From the NCBI GenBank assembly GCA_047967505.1, contig CM106538.1: a DNA stretch of 64,000 nt; one strand, given 5' to 3'. Of the stretch, positions 11,926-24,730 are shown one piece after another. The stretch is from Dipteris shenzhenensis (taxonomy: Eukaryota). The position numbers and the translations under genes were made by a program. The notes under the pieces were generated by a model. The model worked only from the letters and a program-made list of their open reading frames with translations. It had not been told where the DNA came from and ran no database searches. The number at the start of each line of letters is the position of its first letter. Position 1 is the first letter of the stretch.

Positions 11926-13320
11926 GTACACACATGCAGCAGTTCGTGATTGTGGCCTCTCTTGGATGCTTTTTTGTACCAAAAAGCTCCGACTACTATA
12001 TCCCACTTCTCATAGGTTGTTCCATAATTAGCCTCAAATTTTTCCTCAACCTTGTACTTAGGTTTTGTGTACTGCAATAGAAAGTATGCATCATCTTCTT
12101 CATTCTCCCCAGAATCTACGACAACTACAAAGTTATCCCCCTCTTCCAGACAATCAGTGAGTTCATCAAAACTCTCCCCAAACTATGGCGAGACATTTTT
12201 CTCTCCATTGTTTGTCACTTCATTTGAAGGTAGAGGAAAAACTTGAACTCGTTCCCATGTCTTCATAGTTGCAATGTTCTCACGATCGTCATGATCCCCT
12301 ATGATGCGTGTACTATAGTTCAACAAGAAAGTTTTCTCGATCTAATCAGTTGGTTGTTTGAAAAGCCCCATATGACTTGCAAACCACGAACTCCTTTAAT
12401 TTTCTCGCAATCATTCCGGTTTCTCCTTTTCACTTCATGGAACACTCTGCGTACTACAGTATTCTTAAGGCTTTGGTTAATGTATGTTGAATGTGTGCCT
12501 GTGGAGAGGTTGATTGTAATCCATGTTACAGCATCATGGGCATCATTGAGTTTTTCTTGAGGGCATTCTAATTGGCGTTTAAATAGAGCTTGCTTAATAA
12601 CATCACCGCATCCATCATGTTCACCCTTGCCATGGCTAGACCCAAAGAAATTCCACATCATGTCTAGACCGATCAGGGATTTGAACCTTGAGATGAAGTA
12701 GAATCCACATGCTGATTTAAATTGAGACGCCACACCATTTGACCACACCCAATATTGTTTTATATTTTCTACATGGGGATTTTCCTTTTTCATCCATTCC
12801 AATGCAGTAGAAAAGCATGCTGCACAAATAGGGTGTCATGTTCCCTATCATCTGAAATGTAGAAATAATACATGCATTGCACTGACCTGGACTCTTATGA
12901 GTTAGCAAGCAGACTGGCATCAAGCCTGGAGGAATCAAGCAAATGACTGTACGTTATATGCACAAGAATTATTATCTACTTGTTGTACCAGTGAGCACGT
13001 TGTATCTCACCTTGTTCTTGAAAATAATAATTTTTTGCAAAATCTATGATAGATACAATAGTGTCACGGGGAAAATTCTCAAGGCACGTACTGAGCTACT
13101 TATCCTGCTAGTTGGCCATGAAACTGTGAAGCACATATTTTGGGATGGATAGAACCGTGTGACCTATATACAAGCTCCCTTGGTTCGATGCTCTCCTCCA
13201 TTTTAGAGCATCGTTGTCTTCCCTCATTTCATTTGGATAGACATTAAATGTCTTCTTCTTTGGCTTTAAATTGCAACACTTGCATGTGCCACGAATGCAT
13301 TCAATCATGTGCCACCCACG
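11926..13320 (-). pseudogene. Sola2-like DDE transposase, decayed
   Basis: WSNGVASQFKS...WNFFGSSHGKGEHDGCGDVIK (12320-12802) and upstream CIRGTCKCC. The SDG..SQFK / HGKG..DG pattern is recalled as Sola2-type. Confidence 0.7.
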
Positions 13321-13582
13321 GTCTCCCTTTGGATAAAACCACTGGCTCCCACAAAGACCTTAGGCTACAAAACCTACCCTCCCTTGCAACACAGGATGAG
13401 GATCCAAGTGGCTACAGACTGTGCATTCATTGGGGAGGCATCCCCATGGAGCAATGCTCTGACACGACCATATCTCAAGTCATTCATAGCTTATCGAGGC
13501 AAGTCAAAGTCTATGTGTGTTTTGCAACAACAAACATGTAAGAAGTGCAAAATGGAGCAACTAACCTACGGTCACCGTTCGG

Positions 13583-14149
13583 CCTAGAGCCACATCCGGG
13601 ATCATCTGAGGCTCCGAACGGACCCCGCAACCCCAGAGTGGGCTGCCCTAGGAAATGCTCCATCTACCCTTAGTGCAGTCAGTCATGGGATGCCTTCCCG
13701 CACTTGCATGTAGCCTAGTTGGCGGTCTGCCAACTCTATTTAAAGCCGTCCAGCCATTAGGCCACACATGGCCCCCATCTGGTGTCCAAACCAGGAGCTA
13801 CCGGATAACCGAGCTACTCAAATGCCTTCTCCTCATATGGGGGGCTTACAAGTAGAGTTAGCTGGTTCCTACATAGTTACACGAGAGTGTCTCCATTCGT
13901 GGCCCAGAGCTATCTAGGATCATCTGAGGCTCCAAACGGGCCCCACAACCCGAGAGTGGGCTACCGCGGGAAATGCTCCATCTACCCTCAGTGCGGTCAG
14001 TCATGGGATGCCTTCCCGCACTTGCATGTAGCCTAGTTGGCGGTGTGCCAACTCTATCTAAAGCCATCCAGCCATCAAACCAGGACCTACCGGATAACCG
14101 AGCTACTCAAATGCCTTCTCCTCATATGGGGGGCTTACAAGTAGAGTTG
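13583..14149 (+). repeat. Tandem direct duplication of ~250-275 bp, probably a retroelement LTR/UTR remnant
   Basis: 13583-13859 and 13903-14149 share GGATCATCTGAGGCTCC...GGGGGGCTTACAAGTAGAGTT. The first copy has a ~30-bp insertion. Confidence 0.8.
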
Positions 14150-15039
14150 ACTCTACCAACTTATACGCCCATAGTATCTTCTCCTTTTGTTGGGATTCCT
14201 CTTTGTCCTGCTCTTTGTGCTCTATACATCTTCGAGCCTCTTTCATCTCCTGCCAAAAGAAACCTACATCATGAGCTTGACAAGTACCTTAAAGGAGCAG
14301 AAAAAACAATAGCCGGGGAAATTAATAATCACCGTCTGTGCTGACTCCTAGTAATACACCCACCACTGAAGCATGTCCTCCTTGCAACTATTTTCCTCCT
14401 CCTCCTCCGGGTCTATTTCTGTGAGGATGCCATACAACATCATTTTCAAATAGAACAAAAGCATTCCAAAGTCTTTTAGGTATGCCATAGATTCGTAGTA
14501 GGTGGATCAGTGTACAGAGTTTTGGGGCTAGATTTCATAATGGGCTCTTAGTTGTGTTTGCATTGGACTTAAATAGGGAGAAAGTTCATTGAGCCCCCGA
14601 CCTTCTCATTTTTTAGTCTCATGTTAGTTGTCTAATTAAATCTTTCATCTCACATTAGTTGTCTAATTGAAATCTTTTGTGGTACAATAGTTCACTAATC
14701 AAAATCTTTTAGTCTCACATTAGAGATCTAATCGAAATCTTTTGTCTTACATTACGTGTCAAAATTAAAATCTTTCATCTCATTATTATCATCATGTTGG
14801 CATGGATCAAAGGACACTATCTAGTCACTTAGCTCAGAAAACATTGCCCAAGTAAACTCTGGAGAAGATTAACAATTCAATAGATTACACACAGATTACA
14901 TAGATTACAATCTCAAAGACTCCTTCCCTTCATGTTGCTTCCTCTCTCCTTGATTTGAGCTTCCTCGTTGCATGCTCGGCCCTTTTTTCTCCTTTCTAGA
15001 AGGGGGCTATTTCCTCCCTTAGGCTCCTTTTCCTCGCAA

Positions 15040-16550
15040 TCAGGTTCTCTTGGCCTTCTTCAATTTGAGCTCCTTGTCTTTAAGATCTTTTGCCCAAATG
15101 GCAAATTGAGGTGCAGCATCTACTTTCTTGTCGTAGATAGCTGTAGCAAGCAGGCACATTTGATGTATCCATGACCTGGGCAATGGCAAATGGCATTCTC
15201 TACATAGCGATTTTGTATGCACCCACACTCCAAAGAAAAAAATGTGCATAAGGTGGTAGCATGCAAGCCATCGGATAGAGCAATCATCTATGATGGGGGT
15301 ATGTCAAACCATGCATTTCAAACCCTGCTGCATAGTAGGATAGGCATCCGATTAAACTATTGTAGGTGTCATACCACAGTCTTACTCTATACATGATGAA
15401 GTTACTTCTTGATTCCTTCCTCCCTCATCCTAAGGCTATAGATGTTCTTCATCTCCTCCACTTTTTGCTCACTATATGCAACAACTGCATTAGAATCCCT
15501 CAGCATCTTTTGAACTTTTGTAAATTCCTGAAAAACTTCTTCAGGGGCAGTTTCCAAGACTTCCACTCTAGTTTGGACATCTCGCAGAGCGAGGGACTGC
15601 TTTTCATAATTGTCGAAAGCCATGGCAAGCTTGTGCAAACATCTATCGTGATCTTCTTGGTATTGTAGGTTGCTCTTTGGACTTCCAACAGTATTTTGAA
15701 ACAAAAACCCTCACTATGGTGGCTGCTGCAAAGTTCTCCATCGTGATGGCTGGAACTTACTTCAGCATGGTGGCTGCTCTCTGCATCCTTTTTGGCTTAG
15801 GGAGCTGCCTTGTTGTCTTCTCCACACCAACTACTCTCTGCCCCATCCTTCCTGGCCTCGAAACTCTCTCGTAGTTCCTGCATCACCTTTTGGGTTTTTG
15901 CATTCTCCCTTTTCAGCTCCTCCACCATATGGTCTTTTTCAATATTCAATGAGTTTCGCATGTTGTAGAGCCATTTGTAAAGACCCTCCTTTTCAGCTCT
16001 CTGATCTTCAAGGTCCTTTCGCATCTTTTCTAGCTCCTTGTCTGCCATGTCCCCATCATTTCTACATTGCTCCCCTACTCATCTTCTACTCACCCACTCA
16101 TCTTTAGCATGCCTAGTTGGCCCCCCCCTTCGATGCTCTGTGATTCCAATAATATCTGCCTTCACATATAAGGTCATTGCATTGCACTCGCATGGAATAG
16201 AAATGGTCGCACTAGTGGAGACTCTTCATTCCCGTAAGCGACTCCCCATACATCTGAATGTCATCACCTTGGATAACATGTTCACAGAAGGCCTCTTTGT
16301 GGCTATGCTATATGGGTTCCCCCTAGATGTCAATGAAGCCCTCAATATATTTAGAGTAGAGTACTCTCAACTAACTGGGGGGGTGATTAATTGAGTCCTG
16401 GCAATGTGCATGGTCTTCAGCCTCTCCATCGTATCCTCCTTTGGCTCCCACAAGCTAGACTGGCTAAAAACTGAGTTGTACAAATTCCTCATTGTATGTA
16501 ATGTTTTGGTCTCTAAGAGACTAAGGCAATTATGTGATCTCCTTTTGTTC
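15040..16550 (-). pseudogene. Decayed coiled-coil plus RING-H2 finger ORF, probably TE-borne
   Basis: Coiled-coil ORF pieces (15797-16048, 15402-15704) followed by KCMV*HTPIIDDCSIRWLACYHLMHIFFFGVWVHTKSLCREC at 15193-15318. This fits RING-H2 spacing with two ligands mutated. Confidence 0.6.
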
Positions 16551-17200
16551 AATTTGAGGTTCTAATCATGCACTATTGTTAGCTTTTATATTTGTATTTG
16601 AATGGTTATGGCCGCTACCTATAATCTTTTGTTTAAAGCTCTTAGCAATTGCTGAGTTTTTATAAATGTAAGATCCTCTGTTCAATTTTTGCTCGGTATA
16701 AGTTGATAATTTTTATATAACCTGTTATTGGACGTAAATGTACATTGTAATCTCTTTTGCTTAATTTTTACTCGATATACTGTACTTTTTTCATCATTTA
16801 TATTTATTGCAACAAGGAATAAATACCAAGAAAGAAGGACTACAATTTCCTTGTTTTATGACCAAAATAGTGCTAAAATAACTCCAACGACCCCACCATT
16901 GTGGTTGCATGGAGATACATATAGAAAATACAATTAAACTTTCAAAAAGTGCAATTGACGATATGGCTCCCCTTTACGTGCAAGGGCCATATCGACATGC
17001 CATTTCAATCTAGTGGCATCCTGGATATTGTATAATGCACGTAGATATTGCCCTTGGCCCTAAAGGGGACCCCTCAAGGGCCATATCATCAATTGAATTT
17101 TGCTTGGTTCACGGACATGCCCTGCCACCTCAACCTTGGGTCCTTGCTACTTCATATTATATTCTGCTAATGCCACACACACATTTTCACTTCTACTTAT

Positions 17201-20184
17201 TGTAAAGATAGTGGGAGAGAAGGAAGGAGTCTCACTTGTGGTCAGCTAACTAAGGTGGCATACTAACTAAGCCGTTCTATCGTGTGGTCGGTGGCCTATT
17301 TCGGGACCGACCCCCAGTCGACCGTTTTGGGTGGACTGAGTCAGTCACCAAATTGGCTCTAACCGACTACTTGTGGTGGCTATATAAGAGCAAGCCCGTG
17401 AAACCCATTTCATCACTAGCTACAGTAACCCTGATTCCTTAGCATCCATCCTCCGTCTTCTTCTGTTTCCTGCTTGCCATCGAAGCTTCTTTCACAGGAG
17501 CGCATGGTTAGGAAGTAGTGCCATCTATTGTATCAATTTTACAGTAATCAAATCTTTGATTCTCCATACTATCTATTTTCTCTCTTACGTATGAGATCCT
17601 GTTATCTATTGAGCATAGACATTGTATTGTTTTCTTATGTGGTATTAGAGCCTGGACTCTAGCAAGAAGATTTGGTAGTGTGTTTCTGTTTTTGCAAGCA
17701 GATTCTGAGAGATGGCCCAGCCCACAAGACTGCGAATCCCACCATTCGATGAAAGTGGAATGTTGGATGGCCCAGTAACTATCCACTCTGGAAGTTCAAG
17801 ATCAAGACCATCCTAAGTGCATATGAGCTTTTGGATACTGCTACTGGGGTGGACCTAAAATCGGTCCCGAGACCAAAATCGACCAATGCAGCACAACAAA
17901 TAGTACCAACTGCGGATGAGATTCTCGCATGGACAAGAAGAAATGCAGATTCACTGTGTTCTATTGTCTGCAGTGTAAGTGATTCCATCATGGTGTTAAT
18001 TCAACATGTCACCACGGTGGAGGAGGCATGGACGGTCTTGAAAAATTAGTACGAGACCACCAATCAGATGTGGATTCAGAGTCTAGAGACTCAACTCGTG
18101 AACGAGAAACTGTCTCACTCTAAAGCGACAGAGAAGTTCATCATCAGGGTGAAGAATCTGCGCGATCAGATGACTGCGATTGGCATCACCATCACTAGCG
18201 AGAATCTAGCATGAAGGTGCATACGAATTCTCCCACCAAAGTACGACGGTCTTGTTACGGCACTGAATATGCAGAACAGAAATCCGCCCCTCAACTTTGA
18301 GGATTTCAATGCAATGCTTTTGGAGGAGATGCGTCAAAAGACGAGGACTGGAGAAGATTCGGCTTTCTACGCTGGATCAAAGAAAGATAAGGGTAAGGAC
18401 TTTGGTAACCCATCTTCTTCTGATGATAAAAAGAGAAAGAAGATCAAGTGCTTCTATTGCAACAAGGCAGGGCCCAAGCAGAATGAGTGTCAAAAGAAGA
18501 TTGCAAATGAGAAGAACGAAGTAAAGAAAGAGTCCAGCAACAACACGCAGGCAATACCAGTAGAGCTGTTCGTAGCAATTGACGAGATTTGCATGGAGGC
18601 AATTCATGTACCTGCGGATGAACCGTGGATTATTGACAGTGGTGCATCGTGCCAATGACCAGTCCAAAGGATTGGTATACCTCTCTACAGCCAGTAGGGA
18701 ATGACATCCTTGTAGCAGTCGGCAATGATGCAAAATGTCCAGCAAAAGAAAAAGGTACGATTGCTCTCAAGTTAGATGGAGCTGTAAAATAGTTGTCCGA
18801 TGTTCTTTATGTGCTAGATATCAAGAGGAACTTGTTGTTATTAAGACTTTCTGGGCTGAAGCATGTAACACTACAGTTTACATTCTCAATCTCGGGGGGG
18901 TCACTGAGATCATATGTAACCCTATCACGTGAGTTCAACAAAAGGATATTTTCTATTTCTAAAATTTATAGAAATAAATATACATAAGGGACTATTTAAA
19001 ATAGTTTTGGAAAAAATTTACAGATTTGTATAGAAAAGGGGTACATTTTATTAATGAAAAATTTACACAGATAAGGGATTTTAGAAATATGCCTTGAACG
19101 CACGTGGTATAGAGGGTTTATACATAGTGACCCCCCCGAGTTCTCAATCGTAGCTACACGAAGGCTGTGAATGAGATGACTCCACTGCAGGTCTTTTTCT
19201 ACTAAGAAACCTTCAGCTACACATTTCAAAGTTTTTGGATCTGACTATTTTGTGCATGTCCTGATGCTAACAAGACCAAATGGAAACTGAAGAGCCGGAA
19301 GTGTATTTTCCTGGGCTACAGTGAAGAGGCAAAGGGTTGTACCATCTCTATAAACCTGTTACCGAGAAGGTAATTGTAAGTCGCGATGTGGTCTCTTTTT
19401 AAAGATTATGCAAACTCAGTATAAAATTGAGATTATATTCCAAATTAGAAATGATATGCTCCATAAACAAATGAAACTATAGGACATCAAATTCAATCAA
19501 TAAGTAAATGCAACAAGATGCAAAATTATCAAGTAATGCAACCAGCTAAATTTCTATTTACTTATTCGATAATAGAAAGAGAATATTAGACATTGAGTAT
19601 AGAATTATAATAATGCACATATGAGTCACAATAGAGATACATGATCTATGTATACTCTCCATCAAGAATCACAAATAAAACTATTAAGGATTGAAACTAA
19701 GATATTTTACACAATGGTCATTTTTACAGAGTAATAACTTTTTTTTCCAACTTCTTGAAAAAGTTATGATTTATTTGAGATATTCAATCATTAATCATGC
19801 ATTTATAAACTAATTTTGTGCACCAGTTCTATCATGTAGTCGGTGGCCTACCGACCCCTAGTCGATCGTTTTGAACGGACTGGGTCGGTCACCCAATTGG
19901 CTCTAACCGACTACTTGTGGTGGCTATATAAGAGCAAGCCCGTGAAGAGCATTTCATCACTGGCTACAGCAACCCTCATTCCTTAGCATCCAGCCTCCGT
20001 CTTCTACTGTTTCCTGCTCGCCACATGAAGCTTCTTTCACAGGAGCGCACGGTTGGGAGGCAGCACCATCTATTGTATTAGTTTTATAGTAATCAAATTT
20101 TTGATTCTCCATACTATCTATTTTCTCTCTTGCGTATGAGATCCTGTTATCTGTTGAGCATAGACATTGTATTGTTTTCTTACA
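17201..20184 (+). mobile_element. Internally deleted, decayed Ty1/Copia element
   Basis: LTR 17201-17639 and partial second LTR ~19826-20184 ending TTACA. PBS TGGTATTAGAGC at 17640. gag remnants, knuckle CFYCNKAGPKQNEC, protease WIIDSGASC, integrase FWAEACNTTVYILN. RT/RH absent and no matching TSD found. Confidence 0.85.
18891..19140. mobile_element. 250-bp MITE with 15-bp TIR and 8-bp TSD
   Basis: TIR CTCGGGGGGGTCACT / AGTGACCCCCCCGAG; TSD TTCTCAAT at 18883-18890 and 19141-19148. Removing it restores integrase VYILN-RSYTKAVNEMTP. Confidence 0.93.
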
Positions 20185-20199
20185 GTCCATACCAGGCAA

Positions 20200-21700
20200 G
20201 TCTCCTCCCTATTAGCTCTCCAATCCCAAATCCAGTTACTTGCCTTCCTACGGACTAGTGGTGGATCAAGTTTAGCTTCCATATAGGATGATCAAGTGGA
20301 AGATATTGAGGATGACCTTCATAAACCATCTTCCGCATATGTTTGGAGTGTCACACATTCAAAATAGGGCCACAAATAAGACAAGCATGGTACCCTTGTG
20401 TTTTAAGTCCTACATATATGCATGGACACATAGGTCATTAGAGATGCATAGAACACACCACAATAGAATTATAAAGGTATAAATAGGCATGCAAAACCAC
20501 CATATTTTTGGCTTGTACTTTCTTGACATAAGTAGGGCAAGCATGAGGTGTCCCTTCTTTATTGTTAGCCATGGCGAGATATTGTAGTTCATCAAGACTA
20601 TGGGCCATGTTGACCAAACTATGGAGCATAAACCAAAAGGGTTCACACCATCCTTTTCTATCCTGAGATGTAAATTGTGTGGCTCCCTCGCAAAGTCCGA
20701 CCACATGTTGTCTATGCGCTGCCAAGTAGCACAATCTGCTGGGATCCTCAAAGTGTCATCGGCGGACTAGTGTGTAGCATGCCATGTCATTAGTTGCACA
20801 ATGGAGTTGCATCTGAACATGTGTTGTATTCAGGGGATGATGGAAAAATGTGTCAAGACCTTCACTAGGATCTCATCTCCCCCAGTAAGTCTTGTCTGTA
20901 GTGCTATGCTCCACACTTTGGGCAATTAACCAAATTGCCATAGTCATGATGAAACAAAATACGATCATTAGGGCAAGCATGGATGGTTTCATAATCCATC
21001 GTCAACATCTTCTTTCCTTTGTCTCTGGAATTGGGCATGGTATTTGGGATAGGCTACATCTTTTGGAGCAACCTATTACAATTTGCATATCCAAGAAACT
21101 TGTGAATGAGATACTAATTAATTAAAACAATTAGGAATGAGATACTAAGATCAAGGCTCCAAAGCTCATCAAGTCTGAGACACTTGCATCTGACCATCCA
21201 TACTTTGCTTGCAAATTCAAGATCGAGAGGCAAGCTCATAGTTTTGACATCCTCGCACCATCATACAATAGTGTTGATGCCAAATCTCACATCACAGTCT
21301 CATTCTCAGACATTTCACCCCCATCTCCTCCCGTGGTGCCTCTTTTTAAAAAATCCATCATGTTCACCATACCCTCGTCCTCCTCTAGAGGATCATCATC
21401 AAGATCATCTTGGTCGAACTATGGTGGTGGTGTACGTTCTCCCTTGTACTCTCCTCATCTGTATAATATAATGATGCAAGATTAGTGTGTGCAACAAGGA
21501 CAAGCAACATAAATATCCATGAATCATTCAAATATCATTGGTTTACCAATGATGCACTAGCATGTTGACCAATAGCCTCTTCTAGTGGTGCCTCTCCATA
21601 CATCTGCAAGTGGTGCATGACAATACGGTGCTAATGAAAAACCCCTCACCTGCAATGTGTGCAAGGACAAGGCAATCTCTCACGAAGCCACTCCAAACTC
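20200..21700 (-). pseudogene. CACTA/En-Spm Tnp2-type (Transposase_21-like) transposase remnant
   Basis: RIPADCATWQRIDNMWSDFAREPHNLHLRIEKDGVNPFG...STWPIVLMNYNISPWL at 20410-20751. Outer limits are approximate. Confidence 0.85.
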
Positions 21701-22699
21701 TCAGGAGGTGGCCCCCTCTCTGATGAGCTCTCACTACTCATTGTCTCCACCTGCACACATCCACAACCATCCCCCCTAGTCAATTCAAACACTTAAATAC
21801 CTAAATCTCCCAAATTTCCTTAAACCCACTAATCCCCTCTCTTTCACCAACCACCTCGGGGCCTAAATCCCCCCTAAATCCCTTCAAACATCCACTCACC
21901 CCACGAAATCTCCCATCCCCCAAACCCCCCCTAAAACCCTAAACCCTAAATCTTCAGAAAACCCTTGTTTCGTCAGTATGGGTGTCATTATATATTGACG
22001 ACCATACTGATGTCGATACTGACGCTCTACTTTTATATACCCACTTTCATACCGATGCCCGTATTAACGAGTTATAAGAATTAAAAACCCATGCTATTCG
22101 TCCCGTGATGCCGTTCAATTTTTCGTGCATTCTCCTCCCTCGCTTTCACTTTCAGCTCATGATCACCTGCCTCCTCCCTCCCCCTCCCACCTCTCCATCC
22201 TCTTTTACATTGACCCTCTACACCTACAAGACTTGTTGCAGCTCTGTCTCCATCTCAAGGTAAGAAATCCTCTCTTCCCCTTCTATTTCAAGTTTGTTTG
22301 GTTTCTTTGTCTTTGTTTCTACCTCTCCTCTTGTTTCCCTTCCTCTACTTTCACTTTCCCTTCCTTTCTCTAAACTTTCTCTCCTCCTTTCCTTTCCTTT
22401 TCTTTCTCTAAAGGAAGAAACAATACATGAAAAACAATCATGAAAGAGAAGAGTATGAAAGCTCTACCTATTGTTTTTGTGCTTTCTCCTTTCTAGGCTT
22501 CTCTTTGTCTCCTCAATCCATACCCTTTGGAATGATACTTCTCCAAACTCCTTTCATTAATTAGTTTTCTTTAAATGGTATGTTTCCTCTCTTTTATAGG
22601 GCAATGAACACAAACCACCTCTTCTTTTGAGCGGGATCATCCGGTGGCAAGACACGTCATTTCCAAGTAAGAACGTGCTTCCTCTCTTTTCTATTTTTC

Positions 22700-24730
22700 T
22701 TTTTGTGAATGCATTGGCCTACAATGATGGGCATAGGAACTTTTCTCCTCTCTTCTCCCCTCTCTTTTCCTCTTCCATCCTCTCTTTTCCCTTTCTCCTA
22801 TTTTCACATCCTCTTTCTCCCCCCTCTCTCTCTTATTTCCTCTCTTTTCCCTCCCTCTTTTCCCCCTCTCTTTGCCTCTTCCATCCTCTTTTTTCCCCTC
22901 TCTTTTCTTGTCTCTTTTCCTCTCTTATCCCCTCTCTTATTTCCTCTCTTCTCCCTCTCTTCTCTTATTTCCTCTCTTCTTCCCTCTCTTCTCTTTTTTC
23001 CCCTCTTTCTCCCCTCTTTTCCTCTTCCATCCTCCCTTTTCCTTCACTCCTCTCTTTCCCCTTTCTCTTATTTTCACATCCTGTTTCTGCCCTCTCTCTT
23101 TCTCTCTTATTTCCTCTCTTTTCCCTCCCTCTTTTCCCTTCTCTGTCTTGTAGAGAAATTGATCAGTGACTGCTGTCTACAGTCCCACTGATTGGATGTA
23201 AGGCACTACCTCTAAATCGTGGAGCACCTCGTAGGATATGGTATTGTAATAGTAGCATCAGTAATCTTTGGTGTTGCATTTGACTTGTCAATGGATAACA
23301 ACCCCACTATATTCATCAAGCCAGTCTTGTCTGAGAGGTGAGAATTGGCTGACGTGGAAATAGCAGATGAAAAGCAGTGATTAAGTCATTTTGTAGCAAA
23401 ACCTATAAAGGCATCAGGTTTCCTAAAGCCCAAGCAAAGTATAGTGAACCAACCTTGCTTGTGTGAAGTGATGGATTTGCCATAGCCAGAATCAACCACC
23501 ACAACATCGATGCTTCGAAATTGAATGAACAAATCTCCATAGAACCCCACACCATATGATACACCACAAACATGCCAGAAGTACTCCATCGTCTCACTAC
23601 AACGATGAGCCACACAGAACGTTAGAGAAAACCTACCTATGCCTATATCACACAAACAGAATACAAACAATGCATGCACCAAAGGCGGCCATCATCCATC
23701 ACAAGGCTTGCACAGACAGCCAAGGAATGCCAACCCATGCGTGCATGACTTCATAATCTGCTCCACACATCCACAATCCACTGCAAACACCACTCCCCTC
23801 TCTTCTCCTCTCTTCTCTTATTTCCTCTCTTCTCCCCTCTCTCCTATTTTTTCCCCTCTTTTTCCCTTTTCTTTTCCTCTTCCATCCTCTCTTTCCCCTT
23901 TCTCTTATTTTCACATCCTCTTTCCCCCCTCTCTCTTTCTCTCTTATTCCTCTCTTTTCTCTCTTTTCCCTCCCACTTTTCCCCTCTCTTATTTCCTCTC
24001 TTCTCCTCTATTCTCTTATTTCCTTTCTTCTCCCCTCTCTTCTCTTTTTTCCCCCTCTTTTCCCCTCTCTTCTCCTCTTCCATGCTCTCTTTCCCCCTCT
24101 CTTATCACCTCTCTCTTTCTCTCTTATTTCCTCTCTTTTATCTCGTTTCCCTCTGTCTTTTTCCTTCTCTATTCCTCTTCCATCCTCTCTTTTCCCCTCT
24201 CTTATCTCCCCTCCCTCTCTTTACCCTCTCTTTTCTCCCCTCTTTTTTGCCTCTTTCCCCTATCTTTCCCCTCTTTTCCCCTCTCTTTTCTCCCCTCTTT
24301 TTTGCCTCTTTCCCCTATCTTTCCCCTCTTTTCCCCTCTCTTTTCTCCCCTCTCTTATTTTCTTATTTCCTCTCTTTTCTCTCCCTCTTTTTCCCCTCTC
24401 TTCTCTTTTTTCCCCTCTTTTCCCCTCTTTTCTCCTCTTCCATACTCTCTTTCCCCCTCTCTTCTCCCCTATCTCTTTCTCTCTTATTTCCTCTCTTTTC
24501 TCTCTTTTCCCTCCCTCTTTTCCCCTCTTTTCGTCTTCCATCCTCTGTTTTCCCCTCTCTTTTCTCCCCTCCCTCTCTTTCCCCTCTCTTTTCTCCCCTT
24601 TGTTCCCCCTCTTTCCCCTCTCTTTCCCCTCTCTTATTTTCCACTCTTCTCTTATTTCCTCTCTTTTCTCTCTTTTCCCTCCCTTATTTTCCCCTATCTT
24701 TTCCTCTTCCATCCTCTCTTTTCCTCCAAG
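22700..24730 (+). repeat. Long polypyrimidine (C/T) low-complexity tract, interrupted by a ~650-bp unrelated insertion (about 23144-23792)
   Basis: Near-pure C/T with recurring units TTCCTCTTCCATCCTCTC and CTCTTATTTCCTCTC, followed by a purine-rich block at 24770-25070. Confidence 0.9.

Noticed and set aside
17201-20184. Intact Copia with TSD
   Set aside because: The flanks CTTAT and GTCCA do not match, RT/RH are missing and the second LTR is truncated; kept only as a decayed element.
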